From a bacterium (GTDB lineage Bacteria > UBA8248 > JACPRG01 > G963555815), in the NCBI GenBank assembly GCA_965218795.1, contig OZ244653.1, positions 1,216,001-1,280,000 on the forward strand: a DNA stretch of 64,000 nt. Reading direction: 5' to 3'. The notes under the pieces are model-generated. The model worked only from the letters and a program-made list of their open reading frames with translations. It had not been told where the DNA came from and ran no database searches. A program made the translations under genes and the position numbers. Below are positions 30,032 to 40,565 of this stretch, in pieces. Each line of letters starts with the position of its first letter. The stretch's first letter is position 1.

Positions 30032-30404
30032 ACAATAAGGGGAATCCACTCCGAGGCTCCCGCAACGGGAAAATAGATGTGCGTTCCGGTCATGAAGGCT
30101 CCTTTTCAGCGCTCAGCCAACTCCCGGAAACCAACGGGCTTGGGACTCAATCACGAAGGAACGGCAAAAACGCGGGGATTCGTTGCCTGCCGAGGGAGTG
30201 AACAGCCAAGGCCACGGACATTCCAACCTGAAAACCGCCCGCGTCTGCGATTGTGCTCCCCTGCATCAACATTTCCTAGATTTTTCGGGGAGTCGATAAT
30301 TCTCGGAAAGAACCCTACTCGAGGACTGCTTTAAAGATAACTCCCCCTCCAAGAATGCTCCTGTATTCCAATAGCCTGAATCCGGAATTTTTCAACGGTG
30401 CCTC

Positions 30405-31575
30405 TAGTGTTTCGTCTCAAGAATAAGTAGGCAAAAGTCATGTTTGTGCATAGGTTTCCTGATCACCCCTTTTTCAAGGAGGAACCTATGCCACGGGGAC
30501 GCCCGCTGAAAGCTTTGGAGTTGAGCGATGATGCTCGACAGCAATTGGAGTCTATGGCCCATTCCCGCAGCCTACCCCATGGGCTGGTGCGCCGTGCCCA
30601 GATTGTCTTGTTGGCCGCCGATGGCAAGCCCAATCGTGCGGTTGGCGAGGCGCTTGGCGTGAATCGTGCCACCGTGGGAAAATGGCGCCAGCGGTATCTC
30701 GACCGCGGCCTGATCGGCCTGTATGACGAATTGCGGCCTGGAGCGCCGCGATCGATTGAGGATGAGCAAGTGGCCGAGGTCGTATACAAGACACTCAAAG
30801 AGCGTCCCAACGAGGCGACCCAGTGGACGGTGCGTTCCATGGCGCAGGCGACGGGTGTATCCAAAGATACGGTGCATCGCATCTGGCGTGCCTTCGGGTT
30901 GCAGCCCCATCGACAAGCGCACTTCAAACTCTCCACGGATCCCTTCTTCGTGGAGAAAGTACGCGACATCGTGGGGTTATACCTGAATCCGCCCGAGCAT
31001 GCCATGGTGCTGTGCGTGGACGAGAAGAGCCAGGTCCAGGCTCTGGAACGCACGCAGCCGTTGCTGCCCTTGGGCTTGGGCTATGTGGAAGGGGTCACCC
31101 ACGACTACAGGCGCCATGGCACAACGACTCTGTTTGCCGCGCTGGACATCCAGACCGGAGAAGTCATGGCGCAGTGTAAGCCCCGCCATCGTCATCAGGA
31201 ATTTCTTCAGTTTCTACGCCACATCGAGGAGCAGGTGCCGCCGGATTTGGACATTCATTTGGTGATCGACAACTACGCCACCCACAAGCACGCCAAAATC
31301 AAGCAATGGTTGGCAAGACACCCACGGTTTCAACTCCACTTCACGCCGACGTATGCTTCCTGGCTCAACCAAGTGGAAATCTGGTTTCACATCATCACGC
31401 AACGTGCGATTCGACGGGGCTCCTTCAACAAAGTGAAAGAACTGATCCGCCGGATTGACCGATTCACCGACCACTGGAACGAAAACGCCCAGCCGTTTGT
31501 GTGGACGGCCACGGCCGATTCCATCCTTGCAAAGATCAAACGCCTTTGTGAAAAAATTTCTGCGACAGTACACTA
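30405..31575 (+). mobile_element. IS630-family insertion sequence, copy 1
   Basis: Ends CTAGTGTTTCGTCTCAAGAA and TTTCTGCGACAGTACACTAG (imperfect TIRs); TA duplication in a CTAG target. Confidence 0.95.
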
Positions 31576-31576
31576 G
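30488..31576 (+). CDS. IS630 transposase
   Basis: HTH N-terminus, [42 protein letters not shown]; AAGGAGG SD before ATG 30488. Confidence 0.95.
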   Translation: MPRGRPLKALELSDDARQQLESMAHSRSLPHGLVRRAQIVLLAADGKPNRAVGEALGVNRATVGKWRQRYLDRGLIGLYDELRPGAPRSIEDEQVAEVVYKTLKERPNEATQWTVRSMAQATGVSKDTVHRIWRAFGLQPHRQAHFKLSTDPFFVEKVRDIVGLYLNPPEHAMVLCVDEKSQVQALERTQPLLPLGLGYVEGVTHDYRRHGTTTLFAALDIQTGEVMAQCKPRHRHQEFLQFLRHIEEQVPPDLDIHLVIDNYATHKHAKIKQWLARHPRFQLHFTPTYASWLNQVEIWFHIITQRAIRRGSFNKVKELIRRIDRFTDHWNENAQPFVWTATADSILAKIKRLCEKISATVH

Positions 31577-31744
31577 TTCGTCCGCATCATAGTGGGTGAT
31601 GTGATTGTCCGTGTAGCCCCCGGAAACGAGCTTTCCGTAAAAATACTCGATCGTCGGCCAAATCCACCGCCCATAATCGGGAGTTCCCAGAACAAGGTCC
31701 CTCTGGTCGAGAGAAAAGGATTCTCTTGGAACATACCCTATGAC

Positions 31745-32112
31745 TGGATTTACCCCGTTTCAGTGGACAGTTTATGGCTGTTGCGCCTAGGCCTGAGGTG
31801 GGCGACAGCCGGTGGACGTAAAGTCTTCCCCTAAATCGGTGGATAGGATATCCCTGGAGGGGATGTCTTTCCCTTTGGCTCGCCGCTCCGGGACGCATCG
31901 GGGACGGCTTGAGCCGGACGATGAAGTTTGCACGCCGCACGCGGCGTCGCCTTTGCCGCGGACCGCTCGAAGTCGTTGGGGCTGAGGTAGCCCAGGGCGG
32001 AGTGACGGCGTCTGGGGTTGTACCAGCCCTCGATGAATTCGAAGAGCGCCATGCGCGCCTCGGCCTGGGTCTGAAAGGCGCGCCGGTTGATGAGTTCGCA
32101 CTCCACGGTGAG
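31745..32112 (-). mobile_element. IS3-family remnant (integrase C-terminus and right end)
   Basis: ECELINRRAFQTQAEARMALFEFIEGWYNPRRRHSALGYLSP; end TGGATTTACCCCGTTTCAGTGGACA. Confidence 0.85.
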
Positions 32113-32224
32113 GTGGTCCACATATTTGAATTTCTTCTTCTCGCAAGAGGCATTGATGTGACCACAGAGAATCGAGTACAAAGGAAGTAGGAATCTTTAG
32201 TTTCTCGACAGGAATTTGAATTTC

Positions 32225-33193
32225 ATGAACTCGTCCGACCGCTGCCGAATCCATCCCTTCAACATCCTTCTGGCTCTTGTCTTGTTATTCATCGTCCTGC
32301 GATTCGGTCTCCGCGGTTTCTACCCCCTGATGGATAGCCCCAAAGATCGTTTTGCCGAATCGGTGCGCACAACGCGATCATTGGTGGGGAAAGAGTCCCG
32401 CCCGATACCGGCCATTGTGGATGATGTTCAGATGGTAGTCAAAAATCTGGATGTCAAAACCTTCAGGAAAATCCGGGTAGGAGACAAGGACACAACGGAT
32501 TCTGAAATGGTCATCGAAATTCTCGAAATTCACACTGTGAAGCCCTTTGCCGGAACGGTGGAAGAGGGAGAATCCACCCGCACGGCAGAGCCTCCCACCG
32601 CCACCCGAACCGTTCTTCTACGGTTGCGATTTCAAACTTTCCTCTTTTCGGTTCCCAAGATCAGCCCCCTGGAATTCCCCAAATTCAAGAGAGAGCCGCT
32701 CATAATAGGTCGCTCTTACACTTTTTCGGGACCGAACTACAAAGTGTCCGGTCCCATTGTTCATGTTGATGACTTTATTTTTGGGGGATACCCTCCGGAA
32801 CTTCTTTATCGCATGGAGTTGGCTGTGAAAACGCGGCCTGTGAGTAAGGAGATGATCCAACGGATCCATCCCGGTGACCAAGCCAAAGCCTCCAACGTAG
32901 CGATACGGCTCGGCACCTATGCCGTCTTGAAGCAAATTCTACAAATCCTTCCATCGGAGTCCATAAAAAATACCTCCAGAAGCATGGAAACATATCAGTT
33001 GAAGTTGATTTTGGAATGTCTTTGTTTCCAGGAAAAAGACGTGTTTCGATTTGATATCGCTTCCTCCCCCCTGAAAGCTGGCCGGTCATTCATGTTTAAA
33101 ACTGAGAGCTACGAGCTTCCTGTCAAGATCAAAGGCATACGGATCATACAGGAATTGCCGCCTCAACAAGGCCGCAATTCCGGAACAAACTGA
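32225..33193 (+). CDS. membrane-anchored protein with two internal repeats (DUF4330-like)
   Basis: N-terminal TM helix; repeats KIRVGD...PLIIGRSYTFSGPNY and RIHPGD...PLKAGRSFMFKTESY. Confidence 0.55.
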   Translation: MNSSDRCRIHPFNILLALVLLFIVLRFGLRGFYPLMDSPKDRFAESVRTTRSLVGKESRPIPAIVDDVQMVVKNLDVKTFRKIRVGDKDTTDSEMVIEILEIHTVKPFAGTVEEGESTRTAEPPTATRTVLLRLRFQTFLFSVPKISPLEFPKFKREPLIIGRSYTFSGPNYKVSGPIVHVDDFIFGGYPPELLYRMELAVKTRPVSKEMIQRIHPGDQAKASNVAIRLGTYAVLKQILQILPSESIKNTSRSMETYQLKLILECLCFQEKDVFRFDIASSPLKAGRSFMFKTESYELPVKIKGIRIIQELPPQQGRNSGTN

Positions 33194-33201
33194 AATGCGG
33201 A

Positions 33202-34368
33202 TCAACCCCGCCCAGATGATGGAACTTCCCGTTCCGTATCCATATGCCCCAATTGGCAGCCAATCACTTCGCGGTAGACGGCATCCATGGCTTTGCACAT
33301 CTTGGCGTCTGAAAAGTGTTCCTTTACTCTCTGATAACCCATTTCGCCCATCGCCCGACGCAATTTAGAATCAGAAAGCAAAACGCTCATTTTTTCCGCC
33401 AGCGGACCCGCTTGGCCGACTGGAACCACGAAACCCGTATGCCCATCCACGACAAGCTCCCGAACCCCTCCGGCGTCAGTGGCCACCACGGCCAATCGGC
33501 CGGCCATGGCCTCCATGATGGATCGCGGAAGGCCTTCCCAAACCGAAGAGAGAGCAAACAGGTCGGAGGCTGCCAAAACCAAAGGGATATCTTCCCGCGG
33601 GCCCAGCAAACGCACAAAACCCGACAAGGAGAGTTCCATGATTTCCCTCCGCACGCGTTCTTCCTCGGGTCCCCTCCCGACCAACACAAGCAAAAATTGG
33701 ATGCCTTTGCGTTTCAGCTCTCTACAGGCGCGCAGCAAGAGGGAATGATCCTTGACGGGTCTAAGGTTCCCGACACAGGCAATCACCGGCGGCGAGTCCA
33801 CTTCTAATCCAATCCTGCGTCTCGCCTCCTCGACTGAAGGGGCCGCGTCGAACGGCTCCGTGGAAAGACCCGTCCTCGCCAACCTCAATTTCTCAGGAGA
33901 AAAACCCTCGGCAATCAGATGATCAATGACGGCCTGGGAATTCGAAACGTAACAAGCGGCCATCGAAAAGGTGAGGCGATCGAGCCAAAGACGGGTTTTA
34001 CTGATGGACCGTCCATTGCTCAGCCCGCGTATGACACTGACGATGCCCGACTGTCCCGTCATCCGACCGGCCAGCCGACCCAGAACGTTGACGGTCACAC
34101 CGTACAGCGTGACCACATCGTACCGGCCATGGCGGAGGAGGCGCGCCAGCTTGCTTATCGTCAGGGGGGACCACTCTCGGCGAACATTCAGGTGGGAGAC
34201 GGGGATCCCGGCCTTGCGCCAACGCTCGCTCATCGGACCGGGCCCTCGGAGGACCCCGATTTCGCATTGAAAGGTCTCGGGATCCAGTCCCCGGATCATT
34301 GGAAGGACGGAGGTCTCCATCCCTCCCAGTTCGGCCAATGTCAAAAGATGAAGTACGCGAAAAGCCAT
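33202..34368 (-). CDS. GT4 glycosyltransferase
   Basis: GGMET, VGNLRPVKDH, SVWEGLPRSIMEAMA, TDAGGVRELVVDG. Confidence 0.92.
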   Translation of the reverse strand: MAFRVLHLLTLAELGGMETSVLPMIRGLDPETFQCEIGVLRGPGPMSERWRKAGIPVSHLNVRREWSPLTISKLARLLRHGRYDVVTLYGVTVNVLGRLAGRMTGQSGIVSVIRGLSNGRSISKTRLWLDRLTFSMAACYVSNSQAVIDHLIAEGFSPEKLRLARTGLSTEPFDAAPSVEEARRRIGLEVDSPPVIACVGNLRPVKDHSLLLRACRELKRKGIQFLLVLVGRGPEEERVRREIMELSLSGFVRLLGPREDIPLVLAASDLFALSSVWEGLPRSIMEAMAGRLAVVATDAGGVRELVVDGHTGFVVPVGQAGPLAEKMSVLLSDSKLRRAMGEMGYQRVKEHFSDAKMCKAMDAVYREVIGCQLGHMDTEREVPSSGRG

Positions 34369-34675
34369 ATTCTGTCATTCTGAATTCGGGGATTGAATCA
34401 ATTCGGGACTGACCCGAACAAGAGCGAAGGGATTTTCCGACAATGCCCCTTCCATGACAAGACAATATCGTGGTTGAATGCACCCCGTCGGTGCTGCACG
34501 ATGATTGGATAACGAATGTTTCTTGCGGACTGAACCTGCCCGGGGGGAGCGGAAAAATATCCGCACCCTTCCCAACGGACTGAAGTCTAAGAAAGAAACG
34601 CCAAGTTCTTCGATGGGAACGGAGTTGGCCATATCAATCAAGAATGAGCAACCCACGCATGAATTGAGGAAAGCC

Positions 34676-35413
34676 ATGAAAGGCAGCAGGATTTGGCGTC
34701 TGGGCATAGTGACGGCATTGGTGGCGGTCATTGCGGCCATCTTCATTTTCTTTCCGGTCAATGAATATCTGAAGTTATTTCTCCTTTGGGTCAGGGGGGC
34801 CGGTGTTTGGGGTCCGATCATCCTGGCGGCCGCTTACGTCCCGGCCTGCATCTTCTATGTTCCCGGATGGATTCTTACGATGGGATCCGGATTCGCCTTC
34901 GGCGTCATCGCCGGCAGCTTGACGGTGTCCATCGGTAGCGTGATCGGCGCATCGGCGGCCTTCCTGTTGGGACGCACACTGATGCGCGATTGGATTGAAT
35001 CCAAGGTCATTTCCCTTCCGAGATTCCGTGCCATCGACTGGGCGGTCGAACAGAATGGATTCAAGATCGTCCTTTTAACCCGGCTTTCCCCGATCTTCCC
35101 CTTCAACTTGCTCAATTATGCCTTTGGGATCACAAAGGTACGGTTTCGAGATTACTTCTTCGCCTCCTGGATAGGCATGTTACCGGGAACGGTCATGTAT
35201 GTGTACTTCGGTTCGGCCGCCAAGAGCCTCGCGGATCTGGCCTCCGGCAACATCGCCGGCGGGATGGGACGGCAAATCCTCTTTGCTGTCGGTCTGGCGG
35301 CCACCATCGTTCTCACAGTCCTCATCACCAGACTGGCGCGAAGGGCGATGAAAGAGGCCATCTCCGCAACGGTCGATGCCCCCGATGCCGTCGCGACGGA
35401 ATCAACGAATTGA
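34676..35413 (+). CDS. TVP38/TMEM64 (DedA superfamily) membrane protein
   Basis: LTRLSPIFPFNLLNYAFG, SWIGMLPGT. Confidence 0.92.
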   Translation: MKGSRIWRLGIVTALVAVIAAIFIFFPVNEYLKLFLLWVRGAGVWGPIILAAAYVPACIFYVPGWILTMGSGFAFGVIAGSLTVSIGSVIGASAAFLLGRTLMRDWIESKVISLPRFRAIDWAVEQNGFKIVLLTRLSPIFPFNLLNYAFGITKVRFRDYFFASWIGMLPGTVMYVYFGSAAKSLADLASGNIAGGMGRQILFAVGLAATIVLTVLITRLARRAMKEAISATVDAPDAVATESTN

Positions 35414-35483
35414 CTGCCACTCAGTGAGGATCCCACCGAATGGCACCCCTGGAAACTCGTGCGTCCATTCAAGAAAGCGACTC

Positions 35484-37001
35484 ATGGAATCACCGCTGGT
35501 TTTACCCGACGATGAATACAACCGAACGCTGCTGAACAATGTCCATCCCTCCGATTGGGTGAATCCGGAGCCTTCCGGGCGTTACAACCTGGTCGTCATC
35601 GGCGCGGGAACCGCCGGTCTTATCACGGCGGCGGGGGCTGCGGGGCTGGGGGCCAAGGTGGCCCTCATCGAAAAACACCTGATGGGGGGCGACTGTCTGA
35701 ACGTCGGTTGTGTTCCGTCGAAGGGAATCTTGCGTGCGGCACGGGCACGGGCCGATGTCCGGGAGGCGGAGGTCTATGGAATCCATGTGCCTGACGGAGC
35801 CCGGGTCGATTTTCAGGGTGTGATGGAGCGCATGCGAGAGATCCGGACGCGCATCAGTCTGGCTGACTCAGCGGCGCGATACCGGGATATGGGAGTGGAT
35901 GTCTTTATCGGCGAGGGTCATTTCTCCGGTCCGGACACGGTGGAAGCCGCCGGCCGTCGGCTTCGGTTCAAAAAGGCGGTCATCGCAACCGGAGCCCGTG
36001 CCATAGCGCCGCCAATCGCCGGCCTGGAAGAGACCGGCTATCTGACGAATGAAAATGTCTTCTGGCTCACCGAGCTTCCCCGCCGGATGGCGGTCATTGG
36101 CGCGGGGCCCATTGGATGCGAGCTGTCCCAGGCTTTCGCCCGATTTGGGACAGAGGTCTATCTCGTCGAGAAGATGGGACAAATCCTGAGACGGGAAGAC
36201 CGGGACGCGGCGGACCGCGTGAAGCGTGCGCTTGCCCGCGATGGGATCAATTTCATTGCGAACAGCAATCTTCAGGAAACTCGCCGAGAGGGCGAGGACA
36301 AGGTCCTGCAGTTCGAATGCGGAGGCGCCCTGCGGGAAATCCGAGTGGATGCGATCCTCGTGGGCGCCGGTCGTGCACCCAACGTCCAGGGCCTTCAGCT
36401 CGAGAAGGTGGGCGTGGACTACGACGAACGAAACGGTGTGAAGGTGAACGATCGGCTCCAGACGACCAACCCCCGGATTTACGCCGCCGGAGATATCAGT
36501 TTTCCCTACAAATTCACCCACATGGCCGACGCCATGGCGCGCATTGTCATTCAGAACGCATTATTTTGGGGGCGCGCGAAGACCAGTGCCTTGACCATTC
36601 CCTGGTGCACCTATACGGACCCTGAGATCGCGCATGTGGGCCTTTACGCCCACGAAGCGGAAGAACGTGGAATCCCCATCCAAACGATCACGGTGGAAAT
36701 GAACGATGTGGACCGGGCCCTGCTGGACGGCGAGGAAGACGGGTTTTTGAAAATTCACGTCAAGAGAGGAACCGACAAGATCGTGGGCGCGACGCTCGTT
36801 GCCCGTCACGCGGGCGAGATGGTCTCAGAAATGACGCTGGCCATTACTGCCGGAATCGGTCTCGGCCGGCTTTCAAAAACCATCCACCCCTACCCCACCC
36901 AGGCGGAAGTGTTCAAGAAGGCGGCCGACGCTTACAACAGGACGCGCTTGACCCCGCGGGTGAAATCCCTTTTCAGAAGATGGCTGTCGTGGACCCGGTG
37001 A
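35484..37001 (+). CDS. mercuric reductase-like FAD/pyridine nucleotide-disulfide oxidoreductase
   Basis: GAGTAG, GGDCLNVGCVPSK, GAGPIG, HPYPT; no C-terminal Cys pair. Confidence 0.88.
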   Translation: MESPLVLPDDEYNRTLLNNVHPSDWVNPEPSGRYNLVVIGAGTAGLITAAGAAGLGAKVALIEKHLMGGDCLNVGCVPSKGILRAARARADVREAEVYGIHVPDGARVDFQGVMERMREIRTRISLADSAARYRDMGVDVFIGEGHFSGPDTVEAAGRRLRFKKAVIATGARAIAPPIAGLEETGYLTNENVFWLTELPRRMAVIGAGPIGCELSQAFARFGTEVYLVEKMGQILRREDRDAADRVKRALARDGINFIANSNLQETRREGEDKVLQFECGGALREIRVDAILVGAGRAPNVQGLQLEKVGVDYDERNGVKVNDRLQTTNPRIYAAGDISFPYKFTHMADAMARIVIQNALFWGRAKTSALTIPWCTYTDPEIAHVGLYAHEAEERGIPIQTITVEMNDVDRALLDGEEDGFLKIHVKRGTDKIVGATLVARHAGEMVSEMTLAITAGIGLGRLSKTIHPYPTQAEVFKKAADAYNRTRLTPRVKSLFRRWLSWTR

Positions 37002-37068
37002 GCCGGATTTGTCAGGAAAGTATCGCAGAATCCGCTACCGGCGAGATTGAGGACGCCGAGCCGTTCGA

Positions 37069-37773
37069 TCAGCCCCCCAGATAGGCGCGCTTTACATCCT
37101 CGTTCTGGAGGAGTTCCTGCGAAGGTCCGGAGAGGGCCACCTGTCCGGTTTCCAAGACGTAGCAGACCTCTGATAACGTTAAGGCCAAGAAGGCGTTCTG
37201 CTCTACGAGGAGGACCGTCGTGCCCGCTGTGTGAATTTCTTGAATAATCTTCCCAATCTGCTCGACAAGGATGGGCGCCAGCCCCAAGGATGGCTCATCG
37301 AACATGACAATCTTGGGCTGCGACATCAACGCACGCCCGATGGCAAGCATCTGCTGTTCCCCGCCCGAAAGCGTCCCCGCCTTCTGCTTCTTCCGTTCCT
37401 CCAGACGGGGAAAGTATTCGTATACCCGTTGAATGTCTTGCTGGATGCCTTTGTTGTCTTTCCGGGAAAAGGCGCCGAGTTCCAGATGCTCCAAAACATC
37501 CATATGGGGCCAGATTTTTCGTTCCTCAGGGCATTGGGCAATCCCGAGTTTGACGATTCGACTCGAGCCCAAGTGATGGATGGGCTCCCCGTCCATCAGG
37601 ATCTCACCGCTTGTGGGATTCATAATTCCGGAAATCGTTCGGAGGGTGGTCGTTTTTCCCGCCCCATTGGCACCGATGATCCCCACGAGCGAAGCATCGG
37701 GGACGGTCAGACTGATGCCCTTGATGGCGTGAATACTTCCGTAATGGGCGTGCACCTCCTTGAGCTCAATCAC
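37069..37773 (-). CDS. livF: branched-chain amino acid ABC ATP-binding protein
   Basis: GANGAGKT, LSGGEQQMLAIGRALM, DEPSLGLAP, VKRAYLGG. Confidence 0.9.
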   Translation of the reverse strand: MIELKEVHAHYGSIHAIKGISLTVPDASLVGIIGANGAGKTTTLRTISGIMNPTSGEILMDGEPIHHLGSSRIVKLGIAQCPEERKIWPHMDVLEHLELGAFSRKDNKGIQQDIQRVYEYFPRLEERKKQKAGTLSGGEQQMLAIGRALMSQPKIVMFDEPSLGLAPILVEQIGKIIQEIHTAGTTVLLVEQNAFLALTLSEVCYVLETGQVALSGPSQELLQNEDVKRAYLGG

Positions 37774-38548
37774 GATGGAACCCTTCCCCGAGATAGGCCT
37801 TGATGACTTCGGGGTCGTTCTGGATGGCCTTCGGCTGACCCTCGGCAATCTTTTCGCCATGGTCAAGCACGACGATTCGATCGGAGATGTCCATCACTAC
37901 GCTCATGTTATGCTCGACAAGCAAGATCGTGATGCCCATGTCGCGGATCTTGCGAATCAGCGCCATAGCCGCCGCGGACTCTTCCGCGTTCATGCCTGAA
38001 GCGGGCTCATCGAGGAGAAGCAAGTCCGGTTTCGGGGCCAGACCTACGGCAATCTCCAGAATCCGCTGTTCGCCGTAAGGAAGATTGCGGGCTTCCATTT
38101 GGGCCTTTTCCTCAAGTCCCGTGAACTTCAGGAGACGGTCCGCTTCGCCCTCCAGGTCTTGGTCTTCTTTCTTTTTCCGCCCCGAATTCCAGAGAATGTC
38201 CCACCAACTGACGGCTGAGCTCTTGTGCAACCCCATCATCACGCCTTCTCTTACCGTCACCTTGGGGAAAACCATGGTCTTTTGGAAAGTCCGAATAATC
38301 CCCAATTCCGAGACTGCGTGGGTGGGCAGGCCCACCGTGGACCCGCCTCGATAGCGTATATCCCCCGTCGTGGGTTTGTAAAAGCCCGTCATCATATTGA
38401 AGATGGTGGTTTTTCCGGCTCCGTTCGGCCCGATGATGGACAGAATCTCACCCTCCGTTTGCTGGAAGCTGACGTTATTGACCGCCACCAGACCGCCAAA
38501 CCGGATGGTCAGCTCCTCGACTTCCAGGATGGTCTGATTCTCACTCAT
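37766..38548 (-). CDS. livG: branched-chain amino acid ABC ATP-binding protein
   Basis: FGGLVAV, GPNGAGKT, LPYGEQR, LLDEPASG, VIKAYLG. Confidence 0.9.
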   Translation of the reverse strand: MSENQTILEVEELTIRFGGLVAVNNVSFQQTEGEILSIIGPNGAGKTTIFNMMTGFYKPTTGDIRYRGGSTVGLPTHAVSELGIIRTFQKTMVFPKVTVREGVMMGLHKSSAVSWWDILWNSGRKKKEDQDLEGEADRLLKFTGLEEKAQMEARNLPYGEQRILEIAVGLAPKPDLLLLDEPASGMNAEESAAAMALIRKIRDMGITILLVEHNMSVVMDISDRIVVLDHGEKIAEGQPKAIQNDPEVIKAYLGEGFHRD

Positions 38549-39591
38549 ACGGAATCAGCCTCCGCCGCAGAAGGGGTCCTCCGCCACTTACGCCACTTCC
38601 GACTGACCCAGGGAACAATCCCCTCGGGGATATAGAGAACGCCCAGCAGAAGAATCAACCCGAAAACCATGAGCTGAAGTTCGGCGGGAAGCATTTTGCT
38701 CATGACGAGATGTTCCGGAGCCCAAGAGGCCCCCCAGAAAGGATTCGGCAAGAAACGAAGGGCTTCGGGCAGCGTAGAAAATATGATGGCGCCCACAATG
38801 GGCCCCAGAATCGTCGCCCGTCCGCCGAGAAGAACCATCGTCAACAACTCGACGATGTGGATGAACTCAAACATGTCCGGGCTGATATACCGAATGTAGT
38901 GAGCATAAAGGCTCCCGGAGAGACCCGCGAAAAACGCGCCGCCCACAAAGGCGATCATCGAGTACCGAAAAGCGCTGACCCCCACCGATTCAGCCAGGTT
39001 CTCATTTTCACGGATGGCCACCAGTGCACGACCCACGCGCGAATTCGCCATCCGGTAGCACACATAGACCGTGACGGCGCAAAAGAAGAGAAGCAGGAAA
39101 TAGAAGTTCGTTTTAGAAAAGAAATCAATCGTCCCGATTCCGGGGATCGCAATCGTCGGCGACGGAACACCCGAGAGGCCGTTCTGCCCATCGGTCAAAT
39201 CCACCCAGTTGTAACAGACGAGTTGGACAAGCAGTTGAAAGGCGATGGTGATGATGACGAACCGGTGGCCCCGAACCTTGAGAATCAGGATTCCCAGCAG
39301 ATAGGCGGAGACCGCCGCCAGCAATCCACCGGCGATCAGCCCGAGCCAGAAAGACCATCCCAATTTGATCGTCAACAGGGCCGAGCAATACCCACCCAGC
39401 CCCCAAAATGCCAGATGACCCAGCGACAGGAGGCCCATGTACCCGGTCAGGAGATTCAGACCGGACGTGAGCATGACAAAGAAGCCGGAATAGATGACAA
39501 GATGGAGGACGTACTCATCCGGGGCGATCCAGGGGACCGCCAAGAGAAGCACTGTCCAGAAAACAATCGATATGATTCGGCCCGCGCTCAT
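38545..39591 (-). CDS. livM: branched-chain amino acid ABC permease
   Basis: LLTGYMGLLSLGH, GRALVAIRENE, MVLLGG...GPIVGA. Confidence 0.88.
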   Translation of the reverse strand: MSAGRIISIVFWTVLLLAVPWIAPDEYVLHLVIYSGFFVMLTSGLNLLTGYMGLLSLGHLAFWGLGGYCSALLTIKLGWSFWLGLIAGGLLAAVSAYLLGILILKVRGHRFVIITIAFQLLVQLVCYNWVDLTDGQNGLSGVPSPTIAIPGIGTIDFFSKTNFYFLLLFFCAVTVYVCYRMANSRVGRALVAIRENENLAESVGVSAFRYSMIAFVGGAFFAGLSGSLYAHYIRYISPDMFEFIHIVELLTMVLLGGRATILGPIVGAIIFSTLPEALRFLPNPFWGASWAPEHLVMSKMLPAELQLMVFGLILLLGVLYIPEGIVPWVSRKWRKWRRTPSAAEADSV

Positions 39592-40466
39592 TCTTCGCCG
39601 AAGATCCCCTGCGGTCTGAACAACAGGAAGATAATCACGAACAGAAATCCGAATGCGTCTTTATAGTCTGAAGCAATGAATCCGCCGCCGAGGGCCTCAG
39701 CCACGCCCAGACCCAAACCGGCAACAATGGCGCCGACGAACGTCCCCATCCCTCCGAGAATCACGACGATGAAGGCCTTCAAGGTTGCAAAACCCCCGGA
39801 AACCGGGTCCATGGGTTGGATGGTGGAGAGCATGATTCCCGCAATGGCAGCCATACCCGCTCCCATGGCGAAGGACCACGTATACACCCGATTGATCTCG
39901 ATTCCCACCAGGGCTGCCGACTCCTTATTTTGGAAGGTCGCACGGACGGACTTGCCGAGCTTGGTGTGATGAAGCAGGAGGTGAAATACGACAATACAGA
40001 GTCCGGTCACCACGAGAATGAACAGGCGTATGGGGGGCAGAATGAACGGTCCCCAAATAAACGGATCCAACCCAAAGGGGGTAGGCATCTGCCGGGGCCA
40101 GTGACCCCAGATCGCCTGAATGGAAAAGGCCAGAAAAACCGAGAGGCCGATGGTCGCCATAGTGGCGGTCAGCAAAGGCTCCTCCCGAAGCCTCTTGAAA
40201 ATCAATTTATCCAGTATTACGCCGAAAATGATGGTCGCGATGGTGCCTATGATCAAACCGACAAAGTAGTTGGCGATCACAGACTGGAAGATTGTGAAAA
40301 GCTTTGCCATGGTAAAAGCGAAATACGATCCCAGGACATAGAACTCGCCGTGAGCGAAGTTGGCAATATCCATCAGGCCGAAAATCATGGTTAGCCCGAT
40401 CGCAATCAGGGCATATCCGCAGCCGATGATCAGCCCTTGTACGGTAAGGCGAATAGCCAGTTCCAT
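39588..40466 (-). CDS. livH: branched-chain amino acid ABC permease
   Basis: YALIAIGLTMIFG, NFAHGE, KAFIVVILGGMG, RPQGIFG. Confidence 0.9.
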   Translation of the reverse strand: MELAIRLTVQGLIIGCGYALIAIGLTMIFGLMDIANFAHGEFYVLGSYFAFTMAKLFTIFQSVIANYFVGLIIGTIATIIFGVILDKLIFKRLREEPLLTATMATIGLSVFLAFSIQAIWGHWPRQMPTPFGLDPFIWGPFILPPIRLFILVVTGLCIVVFHLLLHHTKLGKSVRATFQNKESAALVGIEINRVYTWSFAMGAGMAAIAGIMLSTIQPMDPVSGGFATLKAFIVVILGGMGTFVGAIVAGLGLGVAEALGGGFIASDYKDAFGFLFVIIFLLFRPQGIFGEE

Positions 40467-40507
40467 TCGCGCCCTCCCTCAAGCACTGGAAACAGGCAAA
40501 ATGATGC

Positions 40508-40541
40508 CCTGTCCGCCCCCTCTTTCCAAGGGGCGGACAGG
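40508..40541. terminator. intra-operon hairpin after the Liv binding-protein gene
   Basis: CCTGTCCGCCCC...GGGGCGGACAGG, 12-bp stem. Confidence 0.55.
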
Positions 40542-40565
40542 AGCACGATAAGATAACCGAGCAGG

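Larger units (their letters stand above)
30315..31740 (-). pseudogene. SAM methyltransferase C-terminal remnant split by IS630
   Basis: Removing the IS rebuilds one frame: [70 protein letters not shown]-stop. Confidence 0.65.
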
